DNA of 64,000 nt from Eledone cirrhosa (Eukaryota), in the NCBI GenBank assembly GCA_964016885.1, contig OZ024740.1:183086001-183150000 (forward strand). The letters are read 5' to 3'. Below, one piece after another: positions 1 through 13,454 of this stretch. Position numbers and translations under genes: made by a program. The first letter of the stretch is position 1. Each line of letters starts with the position of its first letter. The notes beneath the pieces are model-generated. The model made no database searches. It was not told the origin of the DNA and was given only the letters and a program-made list of their open reading frames with translations.

Positions 1-620
1 TCACCGACCTGCCCACTCCACAGGGCAATTTACAGGGTGGACAGGATGGAGTGGGTGCCTCTTGTTGTGTCACCAACATGATCAGTTTACAGCATGGACT
101 GGGTGCTTATTTGTCATATCACAAGCATGACCACCTTGCTGAGAGAACTAGGTGCTATTTTGTCATGGCACCAGCATGAGCCCCTTATTTGATGGACTAG
201 AGGCTTTTGTTGTCACCAGCATACCATAGTACTGAGAGCTATTAGCAATTAGTCAGTTAAGCAGCATTGTTGGTTAAGAGAGGTATGTCAGATGTGGAAA
301 GCGAGAGGTGTAGTGTGTGGATTTTAGAGGTAGGTGATAGAGTGATGAGATGTGGGAAATATATGGAAGCGGGGAGGAGAAGTGGTACAAGAGACTGCAG
401 TACTGTATGGAGTAGGGAGAAGTAGTGCAAACTAGAGGTCACTAAATGTTTCATATGGGAAGGTGGGTTTTCTGAAGTACTGCATAAGACCAGAGATCTT
501 GATTCTGTGTCATTGCCTTTTATCATTCTAAACTCTCCTTGGTCTTCCTCTTCCATAGCTATCATCAACTTCAAGTCACCTGTAGTTTTTTTATAAAGCT
601 GTCATCCTTCATATGCCTTA
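1..620 (-). mobile_element. Degraded RTE-clade LINE 3' fragment (ORF end plus 3' UTR-like sequence)
   Basis: Bases 470-620 resemble the 3' end of the RTE at 13455-15357 (gctgtcatccttcata; tgtgtcattgcc; decayed GRPRKTW region). The upstream part resembles RTE 3' UTR repeats. Confidence 0.45.
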
Positions 621-639
621 AATGTCCATGCTAATGTAA

Positions 640-1240
640 TCTTCTCTCCTGCACCCTGTATCTGGTGCCTTTTACATCTTGCTGAGAATATTGATATACT
701 GGAAACTGTTCAGAGATGTGCAACCAAATGAATAACTTCCATCGGGCATCTACTATACTCTGAATGCTTTGCTTCCCTGGGTATGGATACATTAAAGCTC
801 CAACATCTGGCAACTGACTTGGTAGACACCCACAAGATTATTAACCATCTTACCAGCAACAGCATTGAGCACCTTTTTGAATTCCATGTGTGTAACACCT
901 CAGGACATGTTTACAAAATCAGAGAACAGTACATCTCCCATGACTTTTGGAAACATTTTTTTCATGCTCAGCGTTGCTGAAGCATGGAACAAACTACCTA
1001 CATCAGATAGATGCTGGAACACTGCATCCTTCAAAACTTCCATGCGTCCCAAAATTCATCAACAATACACCTGGTATTCCCCCTCCATACACATGCACAC
1101 ATGTGTGCATGTGTGTGTGTCTGTGTGTAAACCATGACTCATACACTGTTCACTTTCCTGACATTTTTACATTATTTCATGTACATCTGATGTGTTGTAG
1201 TGCACCTGAGCATTGTACACAATTTTCATTATTATTATTA
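640..1240 (+). mobile_element. CR1-group LINE 3' fragment
   Basis: Translates to MDTLKLQHLATDLVDTHKII...NTSGHVYKI...HFF (the RGH-x-x-K C-terminal motif). It ends in gcacctgagcattgtacacaattttcattattatta, the same 3' end as the element at 17637-20910. Confidence 0.8.
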
Positions 1241-1245
1241 TATCC

Positions 1246-1440
1246 AGGGCAGTGGATTGGCAGTATCGGTAGAAGGTCGGATGCCATGCTTTGCAGCAAA
1301 GAGTTACGGCCCTTTGTGGTCTGAGTTCAAATCCCGCCGAGGTTAACTTTGCCTTTCATCCTTACGGGGTCGATAAAATAAAGTACCAGTAATACACTGG
1401 GATAATTGTTGGCCTTGTGCCAAAAGTAGAAATTATTATT
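1246..1440 (+). mobile_element. tRNA-derived SINE (full length)
   Basis: A-box-like tggcagtatcggt and B-box gagttcaaatcc, a conserved body gcctttcatccttacggggtcgataaaataaagtacc, and an (att)n tail. Near-identical copies lie at 28570, 29260, 37497 and 53712. Confidence 0.85.
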
Positions 1441-1441
1441 A

Positions 1442-2075
1442 TATCCAGTTTCTCTCTCAATTCATTTATGCATTAATGTTCATGTATTATTACATATCCA
1501 TTGGAGCATGCAAGCTTCGTTTTTTTTCCAATTTACATAGGTCTTCTGCACAAAGTGACCAAGTCTCATTACTATGCAGCACTGTTGTTTGTATACACAT
1601 CATATGATCTGCCTTTCATTTTAAGGCAAAAACCTTTTGTAGCTAACAGCTCCTTGAACCTTTCTCATTGTGTTCTCACTATGTCAATTGTACTTTCAGA
1701 ACACGCCCCTCACTGATAATTTGGTCACCCATGTTACAGAATCTGTCAACTGCTTCTACATAACCCTACAAGAATTTGATAGAGCTTGTTTCGCGTGAGT
1801 GTCTTCTGCTTACTACTCCTGTGCCTCAACGACATGAAAGCCTACTTTCTTTGCTAGCCTACAACTCTTGTGTAGGCATAGATGACAGTTGGGACAGAGG
1901 ATGGAATTCCTACCTACAACTTTCCTACACCTTGAACATGTTCAGTTCAATGAGCAGATTGAAGTTGGTATTGGGTCTATAACACAAATATGGATCTTGA
2001 GCCAACCATCTGTGAAATATTCATAATTGAGCCTAATCAATAATAACCTCAATGTGAAACCTTGTTTTGTTCTTA
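1442..2075 (-). mobile_element. Degraded RTE LINE internal fragment
   Basis: Aligns by eye with 14050-14600 (ctgcctttcattttaagg, attgtactttcagaacac, attcctacctaca). Confidence 0.65.
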
Positions 2076-5000
2076 ATGTACAGAGAGGGAGAGAGAGAGA
2101 GAAACAGATAGATGCATTTATATATATATATATATGTGCAGGCATCCATATATATGTATATGAATTCAACAGACACTGCTTTTTATTGCTTTTATATACG
2201 CAAAACTTCTATGGAAAATATCCAGGAAAAGAGTCAAAGAAAAATAAATGGTAATAATTATGTACCTCTTTGAATAGTGAATATTGGTATGAAACAAATA
2301 GGAAATATTTTGCTCAAACATCACTTCTTTTATATTGTTAAAAGCTACTATATATATATCTGTGTGTGTGTAGAGAGAGAGATGTAAAATCCCAACCACG
2401 GTGCCAAGGAGTTTTGGCTTGTATTAAGAAAAATAGTGAAGTTTCGTTTACATGTAGTTACTTTTTTATTGTGTATCGATCTGTTATGAGTGTTTCACAG
2501 AGGACTGGCTCAGGGTCCCCCAAAGATGTTATGGACCTGACTCCATTATCGATCTCCTCTTGAGACTGGTGATTCAACAAAAAATAGATAGTGTTTGGTG
2601 TGATTTGTGAGATAATGGGTATATATAAAAACATCAGCCCTATTTCTTTTTGTGTTTGTCTTTTTCGTACCACCACCAGTAATTCACTGAATTACATACA
2701 CTATAAGTGTGTATGTGTGTGTATGTGTCTTTGTGTGTGTATACATGTGTGTTTATGTATGTATATCATCATCATCATTTAATGTCCATTTTTCCACACA
2801 CACATATATAAATATATATGATGATGATGATATATTATATACGTGTGTGTGTGTGTGCATATATATAAATATATATAAAACCACTGATTTTGTTGATTGC
2901 AAATATAGTGATAACCATCTATCTGATATGAGAAACAAGGTTTTTTCTTTATTATTTGATTCGTAGCTACCTTTGGATAATAATTTCTCATTAAGTCAGC
3001 TTACATCCATCAAAGTATTCATGAAAACCCTTGTCCAGCAAATATTCTTTTGCAGACAAACGCAACTTTGAAGTAGTACAACTAAAATCACCTCATAACT
3101 CACTTCAAGAGATATTTTTTTCCTCTCTTTCATTCATTTTTACAATGTCGTTATTTGCTCGCAAAGTATTTGCATGAAAAGTCGTCTATTCTAGGAACTG
3201 CATTATGAGTAATATAGAGATGTATTGTATGTATTTTCAGATATGCAGTGCTGCTCTAGTTTATTCTCTTTTTATACAACGTCTGTTACATAAATAACTC
3301 TATCAATGAAAAACATGAACAAGTATGTATCTATGAATGTAGATGTCTATAAAATATAGTCATAGTTACCCAATACATTATTAGTGCAACAGAATTAACT
3401 ACTTGAATTTTTTATTTTTTTTTATTTTGTGAGAAGTATCCATAAATGGGTAAGAAAAAAAGACTTATTGATTTCAGCAGAACAGTTTCAAGGACATTCA
3501 CCTTGTATAAACACTCACAAAATCACATATATAAATATACATACACACATTTATATATACATGAACATCGCTACTCTCTCTCAGAGAGAGAGAGAGAGAG
3601 AAACAAACAGAGAGAGAGACATACATATATATTAGAATGTTTAAAACTACATAGCATTTATGACAACTCAACTTTAAGTGATTGAGTATTCAGTACTGAT
3701 GAATAGATTCTAAATTTTATTTGCTAAGTAGAAAAGTGAATTCGAAGTTACAACTTAGTCGCTTCATGAACATGTAAACTCTCTTTCTCTCTCTTTCTCA
3801 CACACACACATATATATATAGCTCAGTGATGAGAGTGAGCTGTGCCAATGACCTTTTTAAGACTTTAAGTGAGGGACAGAGGAAGGTATACTGGAGACAT
3901 TACACAAATGCTTATAACAGAGTGAACTCTACTAAAGGTACCCAACATCAGGTGGTGATGTTTAGCCAGGCCATAATTAAGTCTACGACCCAAGCAATAG
4001 AAGAGCTACAACTAACTGAAAATGAAGGTATTTTGAAGATTTCACTGGATACTCAATGTGGCTTCTTAAATATGAAAATGGAGAAGTTGTAATTTTAGTT
4101 ATCATTTTAGTTCAATCATAAATGAAACAGGAATGTCTACGAAACATTATATCATATTTCAATTTAAATTTGTTTCATATTACATATACTAATAAGTATA
4201 AATAAAGATGGGAGAGAGCACTTCAGAGGATCAAGAGGAGCCTTCAAATGACCGAGAAGATCTTCAGTTGTGTAAATGGCATTAATAAAAGGGTTGCAAA
4301 ACTAGTGTCCAACATTTGCTCACTTTTCAATCATTCCAATCATTGCAACTATTTATTTTAAAGACTTTTCAATATTGAAATAAATTTTGTTTACAAGTTT
4401 GATACTGTGAGTATTCAAATCTCCACCATTTCCAACAAGTGTTCCAATTGTTATAGCAATGGAATAGCTTGCTCATAAACAGACACTTGCCCCTTTAAAG
4501 TCACTCTCAAGGCGATTCAGCTCAACACTTAATGACAATGCTGGCCTTTTTGATTTTACAGGTACAACTCATTTTTTGGCAACTGAGATGACCATGAACC
4601 AAACACCCTAATCACTAAGCTACAATCCTTTACATAAGTTCAATACTAGACAACTGCAGTATTTCTCAGTCTGGGTGTTTGCATTTCCTTGACTCTGTGG
4701 GGGTTCTATGAATATTGAAGGGATTGGTAAATGTTACTGGGTGAGGAACTGGAATTTATTTGAAAAATGAGTTTACTTAGTCACTCACTCCCATGATCTA
4801 GTTATAATGAGGATCATTTTTGCATTGTCAGACTGTAAATGTATCTATTATTTTGTTTGGTATACACAGAAGAAGCTTTTTTCATGCTGTGTCTAGTTTG
4901 TTTGTCATTAGAGATATTTTTGATGCAATTAAGAACTATTTTTGTGTTTTATTGTTGAATGATTTTTTGTGTTGATGCTGTTCATTTTCATGTTGTCAAC

Positions 5001-8000
5001 TTGCTTCTTTTTTTTTTCATAAGATAGAGTGTGATTATATCAGAAAATTTAAAGTCTGTTGTTGTAGTTATGGTTTAAAACAACAACACAAAACATGATT
5101 CTTGATAGCACAAAACATTCTCCCTAATAACACATAAGCTAACTATAGCAGAGAAAAAATATAATGTGGCTGCCAAACAAAGTGATACCAGGTACAGTTT
5201 AAAAAAATGAACATAGTATAAATGATAAAATGAAAATAAACCAAAACTTCATATTAGGCAGAGATCCAGAATATTACAACTGTCATCTTCAGGCACTGAC
5301 AGGTAATATGATTTAACCCTTTTGATACCAAACTACCCAAAACCACCAAAAATACAAACGAAGAAACAAAGCTGCTATAACATGTATATATTTAGCTAAA
5401 CCCTTTCATCAGAATTTTATGTTAAGCCTTTGTTAAGTACTACTTCAAATACAATTTAATAATGAGAAAGTCAGTTATATTACTAAATCCTTCCAAATTC
5501 TATTTTATTTTCAAAATTATTTGACTCTTCTAGACAGTTTTTTTGTGTTAGAAATATCATTACAACTTTAAGGAAGTAAAAATATTTCACTGAGCCATAA
5601 ATCGCTTTTTTCTAATACACTTTTTGTGTATCAAAACTTATATGAAGAATTTTTATTCTTACAAAATGATTTTGAAGCTATTGTACCATTTCAACAAAGT
5701 GAGTGAAAGCATTCTGACCAAAGATGCAAAATGAGTATCTGAAGCTTTTTGAACTAAAATTGCAGTAAATTGATTTTCCTCCTTCATACTTGGCAGAAAA
5801 AGGATTCAGTGTCATGTTGCAATTGTTAAATTAAACAGTGAAAGAGAATGCAAATAAAAGAAAAACGATACTTAAGATATCATTTGTTAAATGTTGAACC
5901 TGATAATAAAAAATTACCTAATTGTCATCTGGCTCAGAGAAACCATTAAATCATAACAATTTAATGATTATTTTCAATAAAAATATTAAGTTAACACATT
6001 TTTGTTTTGCAAATAATCAGTCTGTTAATGTTATATTTGTTGTTTGAAAATAAATTTGTATTAAAGTTATACTGTGAGTGAAAAAATGTCTTTCAACTTG
6101 CATAACAAACTATTATATTTCTATAATCATTGAGTCATTAACTATCAAATGTATTAGCTTTTACAAGTATTTGAAACAGGGAGCTAAACAAAACAAAAAG
6201 TTTTAGAACTACTACTATACAAGAAGAGTAGATTGTTGTGGTAGATCGTCAAAATAGATGAGAAAACATCTATTTTGAATCTCTAAAAACATAGCATCCA
6301 AACATCAAACGCTCAAAGCTTCAATCTATCGAAAGTAAATAAGATATTTTACTTAACAGGTTTTTTTACCCAATATCTGTTTGATATATCCTGGTTGCAA
6401 GCAAATTAAATCATACAATCACTAATTAATTTTTCTAAAACAAAAACAAAACAAAAACAATATGAGAGTTATCATAGTTAATTAGAGGAAAGAAAGAGAA
6501 GAGAGTAAAACCATTGCATGTAAAATTAGGATGGAACAAATTATTAAAACAATGTATTATGGATGTTTGATATTGATAATTATACTGGCATACAAGAGTA
6601 AGCAAATTCTATATTTGCATATACACATTCATGTAACACAGTGGAATGGCTAAGACGTTTTCTTCATAATCATGAGGTTCTGGGTTTGGTCTTATTACAT
6701 GGCATAGGGGACAGAAACTGTTTGGTAGTGCATCAAATAGACTCTAGCATTATTTCAAAGGTCTAGTATCATCATACATTGTTCTGCTGAATCTCCCTGA
6801 GAATTATTTTACCGTCTAACCCATGCTAGCGTGGAAGAACGGACGTAAAACAGTGATGATGATAATGATACACATGTCTGTGGAATAGTCAGTCACATTT
6901 CTAATTTAGATTTTTATTTGATTTTTTTTGTTATTTAAATTTACAAAGAAATATTCCTTAGATGATTTTCAGATTTGATTCTAATTGCAGAGAAACTAAA
7001 ATAATTTCTATAACATTGGATGATTAGTAAATTGTCTCTAATCAAATATCTTCCGGAATTACAAAATATTCTTTGAAAAGACATTTGCCTTCAAAATGTC
7101 GGATTTGAATTAAAGCTAGCTCACAATAAATAATATATGCAGATATTCAAATTATTAAGATCATGTGAGAAAATATATGATGAATCTGAGCGTGACAAAG
7201 TCAAAATTGGATATGCTGAGACATTAAATAGGACAAAGGTCAAATAGAACAACAACAACATAAATGTGATGACAATAAATAATGATAAATCTTGAAATAA
7301 TTTACATGTAACAAGAAAACATTCCATGCTTGAACAGTTTACAATCAGAAATGCTGCATTTGTTCAATAAAATTATAATTAGTTATAAAATGAAAAAAGA
7401 AAAAAAGACACAAAAGAAAATAAAAATCATTTTTGCTTGATCAGTAAATAAACAGTTATGTCATGGATTGTTCAATTTGCTAGATATAGCAACCAAATAT
7501 CCCTCACATCATGGAATAACAAATTGGAAAATATAGCCTTAGATACCCCTAAAACTATACTGACAGTCATCACAGGAATGACCATAGGTTTCATTTAACA
7601 ATGTCAACTTAGAGCAAAATATCATCAACTAATTCAATTTAATTCCACCTATATATATTGTTTGATAGAGAAGCCATTTTGTTAGCTACTAGCTTCTACT
7701 ACACCTTTTGTTACCATATTTCTAATGAAACAAACTAAGATTTTCAAATAATTTTGAAAATAATCAAAAATGTTCTTCTATTTTTTCTAAAATCATTATC
7801 AAACCCTCTAACCAATGCTCGCATAGAAAGTGGACATTAAACGACGATGATGGTTATGATGATGATGCACCAATTTATGATGACTTTGTTCTATCTATCT
7901 ATTTCCTGATTGCTATCAGGATTTGTGTTTGTTGCTGCCCTTGCTAATAATAGATACATTGGTAAATATACATAAATAAATAAGTATAGATTGACACTCG

Positions 8001-8559
8001 GGAAGAGAGATAGACAGCTAGAGAAAGACAGGTAGGTAGGTTGAGAAAATAAAGATAAATAGGGATAAATAGATAGACTTGGGAAAGGAACAAATATGCA
8101 GGTTGGACATAGGTGAGGTGAATGAGCAAAGTCCAAGGAAGGGATATTTAGATAGTAAATGGGGTAGGTGAGTATTGATATTGGGGAAGGTATATCAGGA
8201 GAGGGGAGGGAGGGAGAAGATTGCTGCAGACTAGTGTCCTCTACATGTTTGTTTATCATCAGAGATCTCGATCCTATGTCATCTTCTTTGAGAGGTTTAA
8301 CCCATTAGCATAAGCATTATTCTATATATACTATTGTATTTTTTATGGTAAAGGCATTATCTTACATAATATCGAATCTATGAGATATTGAGGATATTTA
8401 TTTTGAGAACAATACCCTAACATAATTATGAGTGGCTGGTTACAACTGTTTTGAACATTTATAAAACAAAATATTTCTCAAATGCTAACAGATTATATTT
8501 AACCTTAGAATAGAACTGCAGCTGTAACTCCCTTAGCCCTAATCAGTTTCTTCATAATC

Positions 8560-9035
8560 TTCTTCACCCATTTATTCCTGAGAGGGTTGTGGGAGCAGAA
8601 TCCTCAAACACTCCTTCCAGTAAGTCCTGTCAGAAGCAACCATCTTCAATTGGTCCAGCTAGATTCCCAAGCAAGACTAGTCAAGCTCCTGGGTCTCATG
8701 CCAGTTGGTTTTGCCTGTAAAATCTGCCCTATCCTATGATTCTTTCCGGAGACATTCTAACCACATACTCATAGTTTGGGAGCTGTGATCACTCTATTTG
8801 GAGAAGTAGTGGCTCTGTATGAAGCAACTCTCTGATCTATGCCCTCTATTGAGTAACATTACTCCAAAGATCCTTCAGAGGAACCCCATTTCAGCTGCTT
8901 GTCCTTGCAATCGTATTCTGTTTGTCATTACCCATGATTCATGACCATAGGTAATGGTTGTCATGAATACCGAATTGAGATAACAAGTTTGGCTTTTACA
9001 CCTACCTCCCTACTTCTGATAACCGAATGCTTTTG
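8560..9035 (-). mobile_element. RTE (Expander/Rex3-like) LINE 3' fragment
   Basis: Minus-strand translation gives ...ITYGHESWVMTNRIRLQGQAAEMGFL..., the typical post-RT motif of RTE elements, with stops. Confidence 0.65.
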
Positions 9036-10171
9036 CATTTCTGATTTACAAAAATATATGTGTGTGTGTATATATATATATATTTTTTTTTTTTGGGGGG
9101 GGGGGGTCAGTTTTGTGGTCTCTGATGTTCAAATATAAAAATCCGAAGACTGTTTTAAAAAACGGCACAATAAAAATATTAGAGGAAAAGGTTAAAACAC
9201 ACAAAAACAAATACGTTTACAGCTGAATCAATACAAAACAACTACAGGCATTTGAAAATATCTCCTTCACAAATATTTGAGTTGGCTTGAATCATCATTT
9301 TCCTGTGTTCCCAGATAAGATCAAACTGGCTGCAATAGACCAATATAGTTAGGAAAGTGTGATTGTAGCTATTTGATGTCAACATCCACCACAAGTCTGG
9401 GTCAACAAGCTAGATACTAATCAATAACTTGCATATTAATGAGATTTTAAGCTATTTAATCATCAGCACGGTAGAATAACCCTTTCAGAGTTGAGCTTAG
9501 AACTTTTTCATCATCACTTACAAAAAAATATCCTTCGTTGTCATCAGCATAATCATCATAATATATAACCAGGCTATCAACACAAGTCAAATTTATGTTT
9601 CGTGTAATCCCATTTCTGCAATATTTAATATGAACATGGGGTGTGGTGGGGGAGCTTTGTATTTTAAGATAACTATAACAAATATTTATTTAAACTAAAC
9701 GATTACAGCAAGATGTATTTTCTAATATGAACATCTACAGAGAATTTTAATATGTAGAATGACAAAGATAGAAAAAACACTATGGTAGTGTTTAATTGAG
9801 GTTTATTAAAGAATACTATCCTGAGAATAGAAAATAACTTGTAAAGTATTGCTTCATTCAGAATTATTGGTTGTTTGAAATGATCTGTCAGGAAATAATA
9901 AAATGGATAGACATTGTGACATTCTGGCCACACGAGACTGATTTCATTTTTATTATAACAACAGTTAAGAGTATACATGGCTTTTACCTTTGAGCTGATA
10001 TAGACCAGAAATAAGTTGTAAATACATTCAGATTACTGGGAATAAAAGTTTATTTTACTGTCTTTTGTTTGTTAGTTACATTACTGATGAGACACTCTTA
10101 ACTTTATAGCTGACATGTTAGTGAATGGCTCCAGACTACTGTAATTCTGTGAAAATACACCAGTGAGAAAA

Positions 10172-10245
10172 ATAATTCAGTATGTTTACTTATGGAGGCC
10201 ATATATATATATATATGGCCTCCATAAGTAAACATACTGAATTAT
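10172..10245. repeat. Perfect 74-bp palindrome centred on a (TA)n tract
   Basis: ataattcagtatgtttacttatggaggcc-(at)8-ggcctccataagtaaacatactgaattat. Confidence 0.95.
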
Positions 10246-10982
10246 ATATTTGCCTCTGTGTGTGTGTAACGAAACAATCATTTTATTAAATTGTTAAGCC
10301 GATATGAATTTTGAAAATATGTTAGCTTATTGTAAGCTTCTACAACACAGGCATAATTTCTGAAAAAGTGAAATAAAGTTTGCTTAAACAGCCCTGGAGA
10401 CAGAAAGAAAGGATATTCACCTGCAGCAGTTGAACTCATATCTGCCATTTACATTTCTTAGATGATAGATAAGGCTTATAAATTATAGGTAATTTGTCAG
10501 TCTCACTTTGATACAATCATAACACAGCTATATGGCATGATGTAGATGTGAATGCAGATTCTCAAAGTAATGTTATCCACCCTTTCAATTTCCACAGGAA
10601 TTTATACTCAACTATTTTATAGTTAAACTTGCACTAAGGCAGCTTACAATAAGCTAACACACATATATATATATATAAATATATTGGTGCATTCCTGATG
10701 TATATCAGGTGACCACTGTTAAAAAATGTACTCAATACATTAGTAGAGTATAGGCAAATTTATTTCATTATAGAAATAACTAGCAAATAAAACAGTTCTT
10801 GTCCTGTAGGAGTCATTTCCATAATAATAATTATAATCATCATCATCATCATCATCATCGTCGTTTAATGTCTATCTTCCACGCTAGCATGGGTTTAGAC
10901 GGGTGTTGTCCCACGTGACGCAAGATTGGTTGTCTTGCTCGTATAGGACTGTCTGGCGGGTTTTTATTATATATATATATAT

Positions 10983-11044
10983 AATGCCTTGAAAAAACTT
11001 GTTGAACACACAAGCCGAAACCACTTGACACTTCGGTTGGGATT
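10983..11044 (+). ncRNA. Degenerate type-I hammerhead ribozyme motif (U3-A8 core) between TA tracts
   Basis: aatgcc-TTGAAAA-aacttgttg...cacaagcc-GAAA-cc...gg-TT-gggatt. Stems I-III are imperfect. Confidence 0.45.
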
Positions 11045-11984
11045 TTACATATCTCTCTCTCTATATATATATATATATTGATGTAAGAGATTGGTAACTC
11101 TTCATCAAATACAAGTGTGCTCTGAAGCTTGCAGTAACAACGTATGTTAAATATCTAGGAAAAATATAGGCATCTAATTTTAGGCCCAGGTATCATATAT
11201 ACTGGCTTCATTTTGAACTTTTGTTCAAATAAGATATTGATTAATAGTTAATAACTCATTGCCAACTACTTTTCATAATTCTCTCAATGTCTATATTGTT
11301 CAAGCATTCTATACTATATATATCATCATCACCATTTAATGCCCATATGTTCATGCTAGTATGAATTAGAAGAGTTGTTCCATTATGAGAAAAGCCAGAT
11401 TAGATGACTTGTTTCTATGGCTGGATGCCCTTCCAAGCACCAACCATATTTACAGTGTGTACTAGGTGCTTTTTGTCATGACACTTCTACATCAGCACCA
11501 CTTTACAGTGTGGCCTGGGTGCTTTTTGTAATGGTACTAAAACGACCACTTTACAGTGTGGATGTAGGGCTGGAGTGGGGAAGGCACATTGTGATGGGAG
11601 AATTATGGGCGTAGGGTCATATGTGAAGGGTGGGACATTAGGACTTGGGTAGTGTGTTTTGATAGGGGAAGGGAAAGTAGAGGAAAGGGGTGCATACTAA
11701 ATATATGCTTCAATCCTGTGTCATCGTCTTTGAGAGGTGCAATTGTATATATATATATAAGGGTAAACAAACTGGGAGGTTATATCCGTAGTAACTAGAG
11801 CAGTTAGTCCAGAGGACCAGTTTGGTATAGAATTAGTTCCATAACAAATTAGTAAACCATACTTCAGGGTGCGCAGCTCACTGAGCGGATTTTGAACCCA
11901 TATGAGGCTGCAGTGAGAATATCCTCAAATATAGTTTGGTAATTTGTTTTGTAACTAACTAACTAACACACACACACACTCTAT

Positions 11985-12045
<61 letters not shown>

Positions 12046-12454
12046 TATATATATAGATATATCACAGACAAGCAGATGAACAGGTTCAGCTAGTAATAGT
12101 CTGTGTTGTCAAAATTGTATTTTGAAAGCTACAATAAATTTGTTTCTCCAGTATTTGGAGAGATATGCAGAGTACTCTTAAAGTATTTTCAGGGAGTTTC
12201 AGCATGAGAGAGTGTGTAATAATTCTGCTGATTTGATACACAGGTATAGTCTACAGTCTATCCGACAAGCTTCCATACAGTTTCCACTTTCGCTCACAAG
12301 GCTTAGGTAAATTTGAGTCTATGGTAAAAGACTGCCATGCAGTAGAATCAAACCAAGATCCTCATGATTGTGGACTGACCTTCTTAACAATTCAATTATA
12401 CTGCATCCATGAATTTTCTAGAAATTTTCCATATATCACGGAAGAAGAAAGTGT

Positions 12455-12728
12455 ATCTTGAGCCTGAGGGCTCATGAGGCCAGAGCCTATCCCAGTTTCT
12501 GTGGCATTAAGCAACTGAGAGTTCAAGACTCTACCCTGGACAGGACACCAGTCCATCGAAGGGTTAAAGCCCCAGCTATTGCTGATGGTACCTATTTTCA
12601 GCTGAGTATACTGGAGCAATGTGGAATGAAGTGTTTTACTCACAGACACAACACATAACTCAGTCGTGGAATTGAACCCACAACATTATGATTGTAAGTC
12701 CAACAGCCTTACCACTAGGCAATGCTTC
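12455..12728 (-). mobile_element. tRNA-derived CORE-like SINE
   Basis: The minus strand has a tRNA-like head (tgcctagtggtaagg...gggttcaattcc), then gtctgtgagtaaaacacttcattccacattgctccagt (CORE-like), then gatggactggtgtcctgtccagggt. A partial copy lies at about 34850-34975. Confidence 0.7.
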
Positions 12729-13454
12729 AATATAGCTATATATTCATGTAGAAATATTTTTTTCATATTTCAGAGGTAGTTTTAATACAGCAACAATTAT
12801 TGGTTTGTTCATTTTTTTGTTAATTTATTTTTCTATTAGTTGTTTGTTTTTCCCCACATTATTTCCATTTTATATCATTGTTTTCATTTTAGATCTTTCC
12901 TTTATTTCATATCAACTAATGAATGTGAGCCTGTCAAGTGGAAGATCTACACAATATTTGTCAGAACAATTGATATCATTCAATAATATATATGCTATTT
13001 TATTCCACTCAATTTGACATATTGCTTTAACAGCATCTGCCATTAAAGCTCTAGATTAAAATGATATTTCAACAGAAGTTATTTCGTTTCTTATTTTGTT
13101 GTTTTAATTATAATGATGGCTGAATAATAATTCTGACAATTGATAATATAATTATGGTAAGTTTATAGTTTAGATGATATGTGCAGTAGGTCATATTCAA
13201 AGGCAATTTTGTTGTTCATAAATGGTTGTTATTGTAGTTCAATAAATTAAAATGACATCAAATACGTATGCACAAATAATGATAGTGCGCATGTTTATAT
13301 ATATTTAATAGGGATTCTTTTTTTAATTTATTATTTTCATTCATGAAAAGTTATCACTTTTGTACGAGGTCCTTTAGTTTGAAAGTAGTCATAAAATGCA
13401 AATCATCTAAAAGTTGAATAAGAGATTCAATAAATGAATATAGGCCCAAATTTA

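Noticed and set aside
1246-1340. tRNA gene
   Set aside because: The A/B boxes belong to a SINE head; there is no full cloverleaf and it continues into the SINE body and tail.
2366-2676. Possible host exon with AG acceptor-like sites on both strands
   Set aside because: No recognisable protein motif and no consistent partner exons.
3826-4092. 88-aa ORF
   Set aside because: No recognisable domain or splice support.
11840-11960. Imperfect inverted repeat with TTGAGGA between TA tracts
   Set aside because: Too degenerate to call a ribozyme.
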